This document shows, in pieces, positions 8,036-19,517 of a stretch of DNA of 20,000 nucleotides. A program made the position numbers and the translations under genes. This stretch comes from Chiloscyllium plagiosum. Taxonomy: Eukaryota. Location of the stretch: assembly GCF_004010195.1 (NCBI RefSeq), contig NC_057720.1, forward strand, positions 28,021,320 through 28,041,319, read 5' to 3'. The notes beneath the pieces were generated by a model. It saw only the letters and a list, made by a program, of their open reading frames with translations. It was not told the origin of the DNA and did not search any database. The number at the start of each line of letters is the position of its first letter. The stretch's first letter is position 1.

Positions 8036-8320
8036 CCTTGAGAGTTTAGGACCAGAGGGCATTACCTCAGAGTAAGGAATTGCTCAATTAAGGCAGTTAT
8101 GAGGAAGAATTTCTTCCCAGAGGGCACTGAATCTGTGGAATTGCTTATGCCAGAGGACTTTCGATGCTGGGTTGTTAAGTGTATTCAAGGCTGAAATAGA
8201 CACACTGTTAATCAGTAATGGAGCCAAGTGTTATGAAGCTAACATGGAAAAGTTGAGCTGAAGAATATCAGAGTAGCAGAGCAGATTCAATTGACCAAAT
8301 GCTCTTACACCTTATGATCA
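8036..8320 (+). mobile_element. CR1-clade LINE 3' fragment
   Basis: AGGACCAGAGGGCAT (RTRGH), ATGAGGAAGAATTTCTTC (MRKNFF), GAATCTGTGGAATT and a CR1-type 3' UTR. Confidence 0.75.
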
Positions 8321-8449
8321 GTGGCCACGTTCTCACTAATTTTCCTGCCACTATACGGGCCTCCAACGTCTGTGTGCCGCAACAACTTTGGAATTGAAAA
8401 TCAATGTATCTGATCAGTGTGCATGAACGTTCTGAACAGCTGGAATGTT

Positions 8450-9040
8450 GTCATTTATTGCATGGGGAATGGAAGAGAAAAGGTTTTTTTTGCTGCGCTT
8501 GTGTGGCAAGGCCTCATCTGGAAAACAATGCACTGTTTTGTTCTTCTTTAAGAAAGGATTAGGTGCATTAAAAGAAGTTCAGTGAACATTCATTTGACTG
8601 ATTTCTGACTGGGATTGGGGAATTACCTTTGAACGCAAAGTTCCACCGACTGGGCTTTTATCCATTGGAATTTATGAGAATGAGAAGTGCTGTTTTGAAA
8701 TCTAAACTATCCTGAGTGGACTTGACAGGGAGGATGCTCAAAATACATTTCCCTTTGTGGCACCTGCTAAAATTAAAGGATACAGTTTAAAAATAAAGGA
8801 TTATCCATTTAAGATGGAGATGAGAATTTATTTCTGTCATAGGGTCGTCAGACTTTTGAACTCTTCTTCAAAGTGGGAGAGACATGGCCAGTAATTATCT
8901 TTAAAGCAGAAGTAGGTCAATTCTTGTGAGTAACGGGGTTTTGGGTAAGTAAGGAAGTGTAGTTGAGGCTGTGGTCACATCAGCTAAGTGGTAGAGAAAG
9001 CAGGAAGGGGGTAAATGGCATACTCTGGCTCCTATGTTGT
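8450..9040 (+). mobile_element. Decayed CR1-clade LINE 3' fragment
   Basis: RPHLE.. FW-like segment, GAGAATGAGAAGTG, TTTAAGATGGAGATGAGAAT and a CR1-type 3' end (AATGGCATACTCTGGCTCCTATGTT). Confidence 0.7.
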
Positions 9041-9828
9041 GTGTTTGTCCTGTGTAATCATGATCTACTGAGAGATTTTGTAAAGGTATGAAACCTTTCT
9101 GGTCAATTAAAAAGATGTATCATGTTCTTAGGTGCCATTTGATAGAGTTATGATTTGTTCCCATTGGTTTATCCCAATCATAGTTATAGTAAATTTGTCA
9201 AGATTATCATCTTTGAGATTTAAGATCTATTAATTGTGATATTGTAATCTAATTTTCTCTAGTTGAAATAAAAATTGAAAGGACGGAAGCTGACTATTGA
9301 CTATCAGTCTATAATATAGTTCATTGAACATAGTCAGAAAATAATTTGTCTCGCTCATGTTGATTAATGTCATGATCTGGCTGTTTTGCACACGTCAGCT
9401 CTCACTCTGAACATAGCTATGCTCTCCCCAATGTGTTGTCTAGTGCATCTTGACATAGAAGTGCATCACAAATTTCATTTTGAGCTTTTTGCAATGCCCA
9501 AAATACGGGTGTTAACAAGCCCAATTTTGGATCCAAGATCTCAGTGCTGAGGAAAGGGAGAGATAAATTGAACTAATCAAGTTACTTAACTTAAAACAGA
9601 CTGTGATTGGAGAAAACAAATTACAGCATGCACAAGCAAAAAGTGATGGGAAAAGATTGAAAAGTTCCCAGATAGGATGGCTGTTTTAGGTTGATGGAAC
9701 ATCTCTTCGAACATTAACCTGTTGAGAAGAAGAAATTTGGGGTTTCTGCGATATTAAGAAAAAATGTTGCTAAGGTAGAAAATCTGGTTCATGGTTTATA
9801 TGCTTCAAAACATATCTTTTGTTTCTAG

Positions 9829-9854
9829 GAATTAAAGTATTAACTGGAAGATAA
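9829..9854 (+). CDS. Candidate terminal coding exon ((R)IKVLTGR*), followed by putative 3' UTR
   Basis: Acceptor TCTTTTGTTTCTAG; phase matches the 3416-3461 candidate exon; TAA at 9852-9854; AATAAA at 10048-10053. Confidence 0.3.
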
Positions 9855-10121
9855 TTAGAAAAGTCTGATTGAGAATTGGATTTTAACTCCGCTATAAATG
9901 CAGTTCACACAAACGTGTAGTTAATTACGCATAAACGATGTCTTATGTTTACCTTCAAGACCAGAGTTAACATAGTGAAAGTCATGGACACAGGGAATCT
10001 TCCTGGATGTCAACACTTCAAATCTGAAAAGCGAGTGAATTTTTACAAATAAAACAGATCTTGAAATAAGTACAGTTGTATGTTATAGCATTAGCATTAC
10101 CTCATTTAATTTTTTTAAATA

Positions 10122-10663
10122 CAAGTGATTCTGCTGTAATGCATGTTTTAATAATGTGAATTCACTGTAACACGATTGACAAATAGATTAGATTAGATTA
10201 GATTCCCTACAATTGGAAACAGGCCCTTCGGCCTAACAAGTCCACATCAACCCTCCGAAGAGCAACCCACCCAGACCCAACTCCCTCTGACTAATGCACC
10301 AAACACTATGGGCAACTTAGCATGGCCAATCCACCTGAGCTGCACATCTTTGGGCTGTGGAAGAAAACCAGAGCATCCAGGGGAAACCCACACAGACACG
10401 GGGAGAATGTGCAAACTCACACAGACAGTTGCCCGAGGCTGGAATTGAACCTGTGTCCCTGGTGCTGTGAGGCAGCAGTGCTAACCACTGAGCCACCGTG
10501 CCACCCTAAATAAGGAACACCGTTTCTAAAGCACAAATTTTTTAAATGTATATTGGCTATAGGTGATTGCATCACCAACACTTTAAATGTTATTTATATT
10601 GCACGATTCTTATAGTGTGGGGTCGCACAGGAATGTGACTGTCATGCTATAGAAAAATGACTG
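10122..10663. mobile_element. Old Tigger-like MITE with nested HE1 SINE
   Basis: TA|CAAGTGATTCTGCTGTAATGC ... GCTATAGAAAAATGACTG|TA degenerate TIRs with TA flanks. Confidence 0.5.
10184..10506 (-). mobile_element. HE1-type SINE with (ATCTA)n tail
   Basis: Same head, V-domain and tail as 6886-7197. TAGAT repeats at 10184-10203; AAATA on both sides. Confidence 0.92.
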
Positions 10664-11642
10664 TATATAGTAAGTTTGTTTTTATTTAAAAATATGTGAT
10701 CTTGTGAAGGTGTTTTATTGTCATTTAGCTGCGTGTTCAGATTTATTCTTTAAGTGTCAATGATCGCTAATGTATCATAATAAGAAGGAATTCATTGCTA
10801 CTTAAGTTAGTGAGTAAAATGTGATTTGTGATGTAAGTTCCCAGACGCTTGGAACAAGTGACCAATTGGGAAATATATTTAATCTCTTACTTTAATATAT
10901 TGATTCTTTTGATGTTGTTAAACTTGTATGCTCAACATTATTCATTCAAAGCTGTTCCTGACTTTGACTGAAATTTGTTGAATAGCCAACGAAAATAATT
11001 TATTTTATCTGTTTCATCATTGAATTTTTGACCATATTCCTGACCTTGGGTATTTCTGACTTCCAGATCTTCATTGCTCCACATGGGTACCAGTAGTTTT
11101 GCACCCTCAATGTTGTTACGTGAATTGATAAATACCAGTTCAAGATATTCTCATCACTTTCTTTGGGGATTGGGTCATGAAGAAGTCATGCTTTTATCAA
11201 CACTGACTGTAAACAGCCTAGCTTTCCCAGATTATATGTGATTCAAAAATCTTTCATTCCAGTAGTTTTTTTTGCTGTCATTCTCATTTCTTAACAGAGT
11301 AAAGGTTGGGATATTTTCACTTCAGATATTTCTATTCATGGTAATTTATCTTCCTGTTTTTCAATTCGAACAGGGTCAACTTTACTTATCTCCAGGCATC
11401 CATCCCAATATTTCCACTTCCAATCACTTTATATCTCTGAATTTTACATTGATTTTCAACTCTGGGTTAATTACAGTTCATGATTATAGTTTTCCAGAGT
11501 CACACCAGCTTTCCTCTCCTTTCTAATTGTTCTGATATTCATGCATGTACATACACATATGTCCAAATATGTTTACTTTTTCTTGATAACCTATGCTACA
11601 ATGGTCTCCAGTTTATGTAAGTTTTTCTATGTTCTTATCCAA

Positions 11643-11730
11643 CTGCATTACTACAGTGATTACATTTCAGAGGTACTTGGCTGCAAGATGACCAGTGATA
11701 ATTAAAGTCACTTTATAAATACAAGTTTGC
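11643..11730 (+). mobile_element. Possible DeuSINE/SacSINE1-like or L2-like 3' tail remnant
   Basis: CATTACTACAGTGATTACATTTCAGAGGTACTTGGCTGCAAG...TATAAATACAAGTT resembles the recalled shark DeuSINE 3' end. Confidence 0.45.
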
Positions 11731-11947
11731 CTTTTCTTAAACTTTCCCATGTCATTCTTTTCCAACCTGCAACCTTTCTCATCTGTGGTCTTATTTTCTT
11801 CCTGACCTCTGCTGCAGCCATCTCATTCAACTAAAGTTTTGCACTAGTTATAATGTGCCATATTAAGAGTTTTGCAATTAGATTGTAATGATTACAGAGA
11901 AAACCACATTTTTTTCCTTTGTCCACTGCTATGCAAGGCTTGGAATA

Positions 11948-12245
11948 ATAGAATCCCTACAGTGTGGAAGCAGGCCATTCAGCCCATTGATTCCACCCTG
12001 ACCCTCCAAAGAGCATTTCACCCAGACCAGCTGCCTGCCCCCTGTCCTATCCCCATAAACCTACATTTCCCTTGGCCAATCCACCTAGCCTGCACAATTT
12101 TGGACTGTGGAAGGAAACTGGAGCACCTGGGAGAAACCCATGCGGATATGGGGAGAATGTGCAAACTCCACATACAGTCTCCGGAGGGTAGAATTGAAGC
12201 CAGGTCCCTATCATTGTGAGATAGCAGAACTAACTACTGAACCCA
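11948..12245 (-). mobile_element. Older HE1-type SINE
   Basis: V-domain GGGGAGAATGTGCAAACTCCACA and tail CCCTACAGTGTGGAAGCAGGCC on + strand, homologous to the other two copies. Confidence 0.88.
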
Positions 12246-13639
12246 TAAGAACCACAAAGTCGAAACTTTATAGGGTCCTCAAAAGTGATTTATCATACAA
12301 CACCCTCCCCCTAACCATAGCAATTGTATTTGTAATTTCTAAATGGGTTATTGGTTTATTTCTTTCTATTCTCTGAATTTCCTCACAGCCCAAAATTCTG
12401 TTGGGAATTGGTTGATGATTGCTGACCCCTCCCCTTGGCACATCTTGGGGTCATGCAGAAAATTGAACCCACAAACCATGTCCTAAGAATGTTAGTGCTC
12501 CAACAGAGGTCTGCACCAAAAATTCAAAGCAGCACACTTACTTTCTCTCTCTATGCCCATATGGTAACACTTTACTTCTGCTATGAGCCAAAACAGTATA
12601 ATTTCATACAATGTCTTAGTTGCACTTTGTGGTCCATAAGCACTGTGTTGTTTGAACAAGCTTGCAATCAAGAGTACATTTTGTGCAAACAGAATACATG
12701 AGAGGCCACTGAAAAGTGCAAAATCAATCACTTGTGATGTTGCATGACATAACTAGCACTATGTAGCTGTGTGTGTGGCTTACTTTGCATTTGTAATCCA
12801 ATACTGTAGATCATGTATCTACCATATGTTTAGATAATAAAAACATGCTATGCATGTCTTAATTAACCACCCCAAGGGTAGAAAATTCCTCCTGTCTACG
12901 AGCTGATGTGCCTTTTGGGCATACAGGACCTACAGAAAGTTTTGGTAAAGGCAAGAAATCTTTAGCATTGATCAAAAACAAGCTGTACCTGTTCTAAGCC
13001 ATTTAAGTGAGATATTTCCATCATAATTTGTTCCCTCAGTCAAGAAGAAAAATTCATTTCTGCACAGAGATTCAAGATGCAATAGTTACAATGTTGTACC
13101 ATCTCTAATTATAAAAATCCATTTTTGCTTATATGTTGTCTTCAGCTGACCATCTGTCCTGTTTCCTAACATTCGGATACATTTTGCAATCAAATATTCA
13201 GTATTATATTAAAAATATACATTTTAATCCTTATTTTAATCTACATATACATGTGAGTATAGCGAGAATTAATCTGTGTAGCTAAAACTTTTTTTAATCG
13301 TCAGGGATATTTGTCAGGTGGTAGTAAAATGAGGGAGGAAGCAATGCAAGAAGTAAGTCTGAAACGTTCTTATGTTCTTTGTGGCATTTTTTTGAGAATA
13401 ACTTTTTAGTGTTCACAATTCAAATCCTACCTGTTGGGTAACATGAATACTATCTTAAAAAATATTTCTAGAAGTATTGAACAAAAAAAATCTTCAGCCG
13501 ATGGTATTGCATTTAAGACTTCCTGTAGATCTTTCAAATATTCAAAAAACCCAAAATATTTTCTTGTGTGCCTTTTGCAATACTTCCTTCTTTATCAAAT
13601 ATATGTCCTGGCAACCACCTCCAGGTGTTGTATTCACAT

Positions 13640-14185
13640 GGAGATGCATATGAATGGTCTAAAATTCCTTCATGTATTCATAAGTTCCTGATTTCTGTTG
13701 TAGAGAGGTACAAGAGCTACAGAGTAGTGATATGGAAGATTTCAATTGTCTGAATATACCTTGGAATAATAATTGTGTGGATAACAGAGAGGTGAAAACT
13801 TTCTAAATGTTTTCAGGAGAATTTTCAATAGTGCATTTCCAGCAGAGCAAGGACAGTGGTAGTATTGGTTCTGGTTCTGAGGAATTAGCTGGGTCATGTG
13901 GATCAATTTCACGTAGAGGAACATCTTCAAAAGGTTATAGCTCTGGAAAAGGACAAAGAGAAATCTAGATTGAAAATACTTAATTGTAAAAGGGTCAATT
14001 TCAGTGGGTTGAGAATGGATTTGTTGCAGACAATTTCGAATCAAAGTTTGGGTGTCTTTTCAGAGACTTTTTGGTACTTTTGACATAGATACCCACAGGG
14101 AGGAAAGATAGTGCACAAAAAGTTGGAAATTCCTGGGATGGAAAGGAAATTGAGATAAAATGAAGTTGGAAGAGGGAACATATGT
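13640..14185 (+). mobile_element. Highly decayed CR1-like endonuclease/linker fragment
   Basis: FLNVFQENF-like, LVLV..ELAGHVDQFHVEEHL and KILNCKRVNFSGLRMDL segments typical of CR1 ORF2. Confidence 0.55.
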
Positions 14186-14189
14186 CAGG

Positions 14190-14520
14190 CAAGGAACATA
14201 GACACCATGAATATGCCATTCAGCCCCTCAGGTCTGTTCTGCTATTTTAGACCATGGATGATCATCATCTACTTTAAAGCCTTATTCCTGTGTTATTCCA
14301 ATATCCGTATGAATTGCATCTGCCATGTTATTGTGCACTCACTCAACTTGTTTAAATATCCTTGAAACCTCTTCGCATGCTTGTCATACTCCCAAGTTTT
14401 GTATCATCTGTAAACTTGGAAATATTGCAATAGGCTACCACATCCAAATTGTTGACACAGATATTTAATAACTGGGGCCCAAGCTTGAGTCTTGTAGAAC
14501 CCCGCTGATCAGATTCATGG
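14190..14520 (-). mobile_element. CR1-clade LINE fragment (RT core and 3' end, internally deleted)
   Basis: ORF 14352..14543 contains LGPQLLNICVNNLD..ISKFTDDTKLG. Confidence 0.8.
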
Positions 14521-14900
14521 AAATGGTTCCAGGAATGTGGCATTTCAGTTGTGTGGATCGGTTGGAGAATCCAGCTGGTTGTCCTTCAAGAGCTTTCAGA
14601 GATTTGATAGGGGATGCTTACAATTATGAGGGGTATAGGTAGAAGAGATGGAAACTGTTCACAATGACTGAAGGTCAAGAACTAGAGGACAGATTGAAAG
14701 TTATTTGCAAAAGGACTAAAGATGATTTGAGGAGTTTTTTTTATGTTGTCACCAATTAGGACATGGAATTAAATGCTTGATAGGATGGTGTAGGCAGTTT
14801 TGATTACCCTTTCATTTTGAGGCAAAATCTATATGACTATGAGGAAAACGTCTAGTTAAGTTGCACTTGCTAAAAGTTGGTATAAACATGATAGGCTGAA
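14520..14900 (+). mobile_element. Decayed CR1 3' fragment
   Basis: ATGGTTCCAGGAATG (MVPGM), GATTTGATAGGGGATGCTTACAATTATGAGGGG and AGAACTAGAGGACA (RTRG) motifs. Confidence 0.6.
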
Positions 14901-15304
14901 TACCACTATGCTTGATGTCCATTTGCATTTTTTTCAAATGCCCTTTGGGAAGCTGTTTTTAATGGTCCTTTCTTATTTTGTCCGTGGAATTAGATTACCA
15001 TTACCCTTGATGCCAGTGATGATGGTGATTATTTTTTAAAAGGTTTTTTCATGCATGAATTCCTAGACCCTGAAATATTTTACATTTATAACATGTGCAA
15101 CTATGTTGTTGATATAATTTGCACTTTAAGTGGATTTTAAATACCCTTGAAATTGTATATTGTTGTACTTTTTTCCAAATGGCTTCAAGTATCCTTTATT
15201 CTTAATAGAAGACACATCTTTGTCTGGCTACTACCATTGTAATCTGAGGTCTGTAAGGTGATAATTAAAACATGGGATTTCTCAATGTGAATAAGGTCAA
15301 TGTG

Positions 15305-15720
15305 GAGTCAGACAGCATGGAAACAGACCCTTTGGTCCAACCAGTCCATACCGAACATAACCCCAAACCAAAGTAGACTCCTGGCCCATATCCCTCTAAA
15401 CTTTTCCTATTCATGTACTTACTCAAATGTCTTTTATTTTTCACTAATGTGAATATTGTTGGTGCAGTTTAGATCTCTATGATTTCACGCTGCTTGCACC
15501 AAAGTTTCAGACAGTGCATTCCTGATCCTGACAATTCATTGCATGAAAATGTTTTTCCATGTGTCAATATCGTCTCTTTTGTCAATATCCTTTACTCTGT
15601 TTCCTGGTCACTTGGTCTACCAATACGAACAGTATCACCTAATCTACTTGGTTTGAAATCTTAGTTTTGAATACCTTTATCATAACTTTGTCAATCTTCT
15701 CTTTCCTATGTTCCTATATT
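15305..15720 (-). mobile_element. CR1/HER1-like LINE 3' end fragments
   Basis: 15305-15437 is the reverse-complement homolog of the 3' UTR at ~4640-4768 (CAGCATGGAAA..CCCT..GGTCC..CCAGTCCAT). Confidence 0.7.
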
Positions 15721-16236
15721 TCTCCAGTGTTAACTTCTCCAATCTAACTGAAGTTCCTTTTCACTAGTGTAGATTTGCAATAGTAAGATGAAATAGTAAC
15801 TTTTTTTGTATTTGCAGTTGTCGAGAGCTGTCCCTTCTGCAGCTTATCCTTGAAATATAAGTAATATGTGCAGTAAAAGCTTCTTTTCTGAGTAAAATTA
15901 AAAACAATTTGTGAGGATTGCAGTTATGTTCTATTTTCTTCTGATATTTAGCAGTCTGAACAGGGTACTTTTCATGTCCCACTATCTAAGTAGACAATGA
16001 ATGTAAATATAAAATACAATCATGTGATGACTACTGTCATCATGTGTCAGTGATGTGAATGACTACCTTCAAATAGATTGACAGGCATATGCTAAGAAAT
16101 GCTCTCTCCTTAGTAAAGTGCTTGAATCCATGTGGTGGTACCTCTCAGTACAGTATGGCCTAAGTTATTTCACACTACAATTGCTATGTTTAGAAGTGTT
16201 GGGTTAACAATGTGTCAGGCTGAGGTTCTTTGTTTT

Positions 16237-16258
16237 TGTGTGTGTGTGCGTGCGTGTG
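16237..16258. repeat. Short (TG)n/(TGCG)n microsatellite
   Basis: TGTGTGTGTGTGCGTGCGTGTG. Confidence 0.8.
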
Positions 16259-18441
16259 GTCCAGTGACTGGTGTGGAGTAGTTTGCCTCAAGTGATCTGT
16301 ACCCTAATTTCTGATAATAATTTCAATCTTCTACCCTCCTTGTCTGAGGCTAATTGCAATCCTGAGATTATGCCAAGAACAACATTTTTACATTGGCTGT
16401 ATTATAAAACTTCCCTGGGGAGAAACCAACATAAAGTTGTGAAGAAAGATTCTAAACAAAATCAAAAACAAAAACAACAAATTAGTAATCTGATACAATG
16501 ATAATATGGTGATTCTAAACTGATTCATACAGCAGAGAAAATTTCAATTTAAAAAGAAAACATGCTACTTTGAAACAAGTGGGGAAAAACATCTGATTGT
16601 ACAACTAACATGCGTTTGAAACAGCCAAGATGAGTTCCTGAACTATTCTCTTTAAAACAGTAAAATAGTTGGGCATCATAAATAATAGGCTCCTTAGTGT
16701 GAGAATAACGTGTTGGAGGGATTCCAGTAATTATTATGTATAATGAGATGCAGGGTGTGAAATGGGGCCGAAACCAGTAAATCAATAGATATGTTGCTAT
16801 CAGCCAACTGTTAGTCAGGCTAACTGATTATCTGAAACATTTGTTTAATAATATGGAGATGTAAATAGGGACAAGAACAAACCATGTAATCTGTTAAACC
16901 AGCTCTGTTTCTTAATTTGTCAGTCAAAGAATCTAGCATGGAAGGAATCTATTTGGCCTGTTGTCAGTGCTGGCTGTCTGAAGCAAGTCATGTAGTGCCA
17001 CTCCACTGCCTGTCCTTGTAACCGTGTATGTTTTCCTTTCCAGATAATTATCCAGTTCTTTTTGAATGTGTCATTTTACTCTGCCTCCACCAAACTCCTT
17101 GGCAGTGCCTTCTAGATCCTAACCATTTATTGCATAAAAAAGCTTTTCTTATGTTCCCATTGTTTCTTTTGCCTATTACCTCAAATCTGTTCCCTCAGGT
17201 TTTTGATCCTTCCACTGATATGAACCCTTTCACCTTATACACTCTATTCAGAATCCTCTTGGTTTGAACATCTCTATCAGCTTTCCTGTCAACAGTCTCC
17301 ATGGAAAACAGTCCCAACTCCTGCAGTTTCTCATCCCTGGAAGGTGGAGGGTTTTGTTCATGAATGAAACCTGCTTCCTTCAATGATTAACACCCTTTTG
17401 TTTCCTTTAGAATTATACCTTTAGATTTATATTGCGTTTTTTACATTCTTCTTACCAAAATTCAATCAATTCACTCTTCTGTGTTAAATATTACTGAGCA
17501 CCTGTCTGCTCGTTCCACCAAACCAACTTTGTCTTCGATATCAATAGCATTGCTTTGTCTGTTATCTAATCAAAATCAGCGAAAAATGATTTTCCTTAAT
17601 GGATATATGCTGTTTTTCCTTAATTAACCTGCAATCTATTAATTTTATTATTGTTTATTATTGAATTATTGTTTCCAGAAGCTTCCTCATCATGGAGATA
17701 AAACTTGACTGGATTGTAGTCGCTGACCTTTTTGCATCTATTTTGATAAAAAGAGTAACAGTTGCAATTTGCTAGTCATTTGTCTCTATCCACGAGCCTA
17801 AGTTAGCAAAGTTTTGGTCAGTACCTCTGCAATTTCTAGTCCTGACTCCAACAGTATCCTCAGATTTACATTATCTGGTCCTGTTATGTTATCAACTTTA
17901 AATCCAGTCAGTCTATTCACTTCTTCCTTCCTATCAATTTTAAGCACATTAAATGTCTGAACTAGCTCCTGTTTTACTATGACCTCATTGCTTTCCTGGG
18001 TAAAAACATATGTTCAGTATTATTACCTCACTTATGCCACTTCCCTCCTTGCGTAAATCTTTTTAGCAGTAATCAGCCCCACTCCACTCTTTATGTGCCT
18101 TAAAGACTTGTGGGTTCTGTTTTTCATGTTTGTTGATTATCTCTTCACATATATTCGAGTTGCTTGTCTTTTTCACTCCCTGCTGAATCTTCTGCGTTCA
18201 GCTTGGTTGTTAAATATATTATCTACCTGACATTTGTCAAAAATGCAAGTTTTCTGCTTTCTCTTCCTTTCTATCTCTCTTGTCATCAGACAGCTTTCAG
18301 TTTGTTTACCCTACTTTTCCCCTTCATGGGAATACTCCTTGTCTGTGTCTGAAATGTCTTTTCTTTAAAGACGGATTGTAATTCAATTAAAACTTTGCCT
18401 GTTCATTTTTAATTTCTGTTACCTGGGCAGATGCTTTCTTA

Positions 18442-18593
18442 GGAGAAAGTGAGGACTGCAGATGCTGGAGATCAGAGTCAAGAGTGTGTGGTGCTGGAAA
18501 AGTGCAGCAAGTCATGCAGCATTCGAGGAGCGGGAGAATCGACATTTCGGGCAGGAGCCCTTCATTAGGCTGTGCTTTTCCAGCACCACACTC
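18442..18593. mobile_element. Asymmetric palindromic PLE pLTR insertion (long tailed minus arm plus ~25-bp inverted arm)
   Basis: 18442-18569 matches 153-270 in the same orientation; 18569-18592 GCTGTGCTTTTCCAGCACCACACT folds back. TSD CAGATGCTTTCTTA (18428-18441) / CAGATTCATTCTTA (18594-18607), 12/14 identical. Confidence 0.82.
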
Positions 18594-18738
18594 CAGATTC
18601 ATTCTTACCCCATTGAAGATTTTCTCCCCACTGACTTATTCTTACGCATGATTGTCCTTCTCCATAGCCAGTTTAAACCTCATGATACCATCTAAAACTT
18701 ATGATACATTATCCTTTGAAAACAAACCCATAACCACA

Positions 18739-18831
18739 TTCCTGAAGAAGGGCTGATGCCCGAAACGTCGATTCTCCTAATCCTTGGATGCTGCCTGATC
18801 TGCTGCACTTTTCCGGCAACACATTTTTCAG
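18739..18831 (+). mobile_element. 93-bp solo tail-less pLTR with intact HHR core
   Basis: TSD CCATAACCACA at 18728-18738 and 18832-18842. CUGAAGA(18742-18748)-A-GGGC UGAU GCCC-GAAAC-GUC. Confidence 0.88.
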
Positions 18832-19517
18832 CCATAACCACAACCATCAAGATTGACAAGGGTAGAAGATATATGAGAATACCGTCACCTGCAAGTTTCT
18901 CTCCAGGTGCCCATCTAGCTTGGAAACAATAAATAAAGTACGCCAGCTGGTAAAGCCCATCGTATCCCAAATGAACAAAAAGAAGAAAAGGACCAAGAGC
19001 CCCTTAATGTTCTGTAGCTAATGCTTGATCCACTTGGCTGACCTCATGCCCAAGCACCATGTTCAGTAATGCCTCCTTTTCACTGGAATGGAAGTGTAAT
19101 GTTTTAGAAAATACTCCTGAAGACCGTTGAAGAATTCTTTTATTTCTCTCCTCTTTGCACTACTATTTGCATAATGAACATTCCGCCATTATAACTACAC
19201 TGTCTTTGTACCTCTCAGTAGATTCCTTGCACATTTGGTCTTGTATATTTTTCCTACTAGGCAGTGGTCTGTAGACTACACTGAGTAATGTAATTGTATC
19301 TTATTTGTTTCTTTGATCTTGAGTAATAAATTTATCTTTGACCCCTCTGAGACATCCTATATCTCCAGCACTGTAATGATCTCCAAAATAAATAGTGGTC
19401 TGTCTCACCTTTCCTTATTTTCCTATTTTTAAGGGACACTTTACATTCAGGAGTATTTCGTCCTGTCCTGTCTTTGAGTCAGATTTCTGTTATTGCCACA
19501 ACAATATGCTTCCACAA

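Larger units (their letters stand above)
16930..19500 (-). mobile_element. Long, heavily decayed CR1-clade LINE remnant(s) interrupted by PLE and LINE insertions
   Basis: Minus-strand LQELGLFSME (ORF 17195..17383), CAACTACAATCCAGTCAAG-like (NY.PV), and AAGAATTCTTCAACGG (EF..C...F-like endonuclease region). Confidence 0.55.

Noticed and set aside
10990..11530. Purine/pyrimidine-skewed block, possibly an old LTR retrotransposon or exon (ORF 11272..11526)
   Set aside because: The minus-strand reading has many stops and no recognisable motif, so no call can be supported.
12250..13630. Short ORFs in AT-rich unique sequence
   Set aside because: No domain similarity or convincing splice-site pairs; lengths are consistent with chance.
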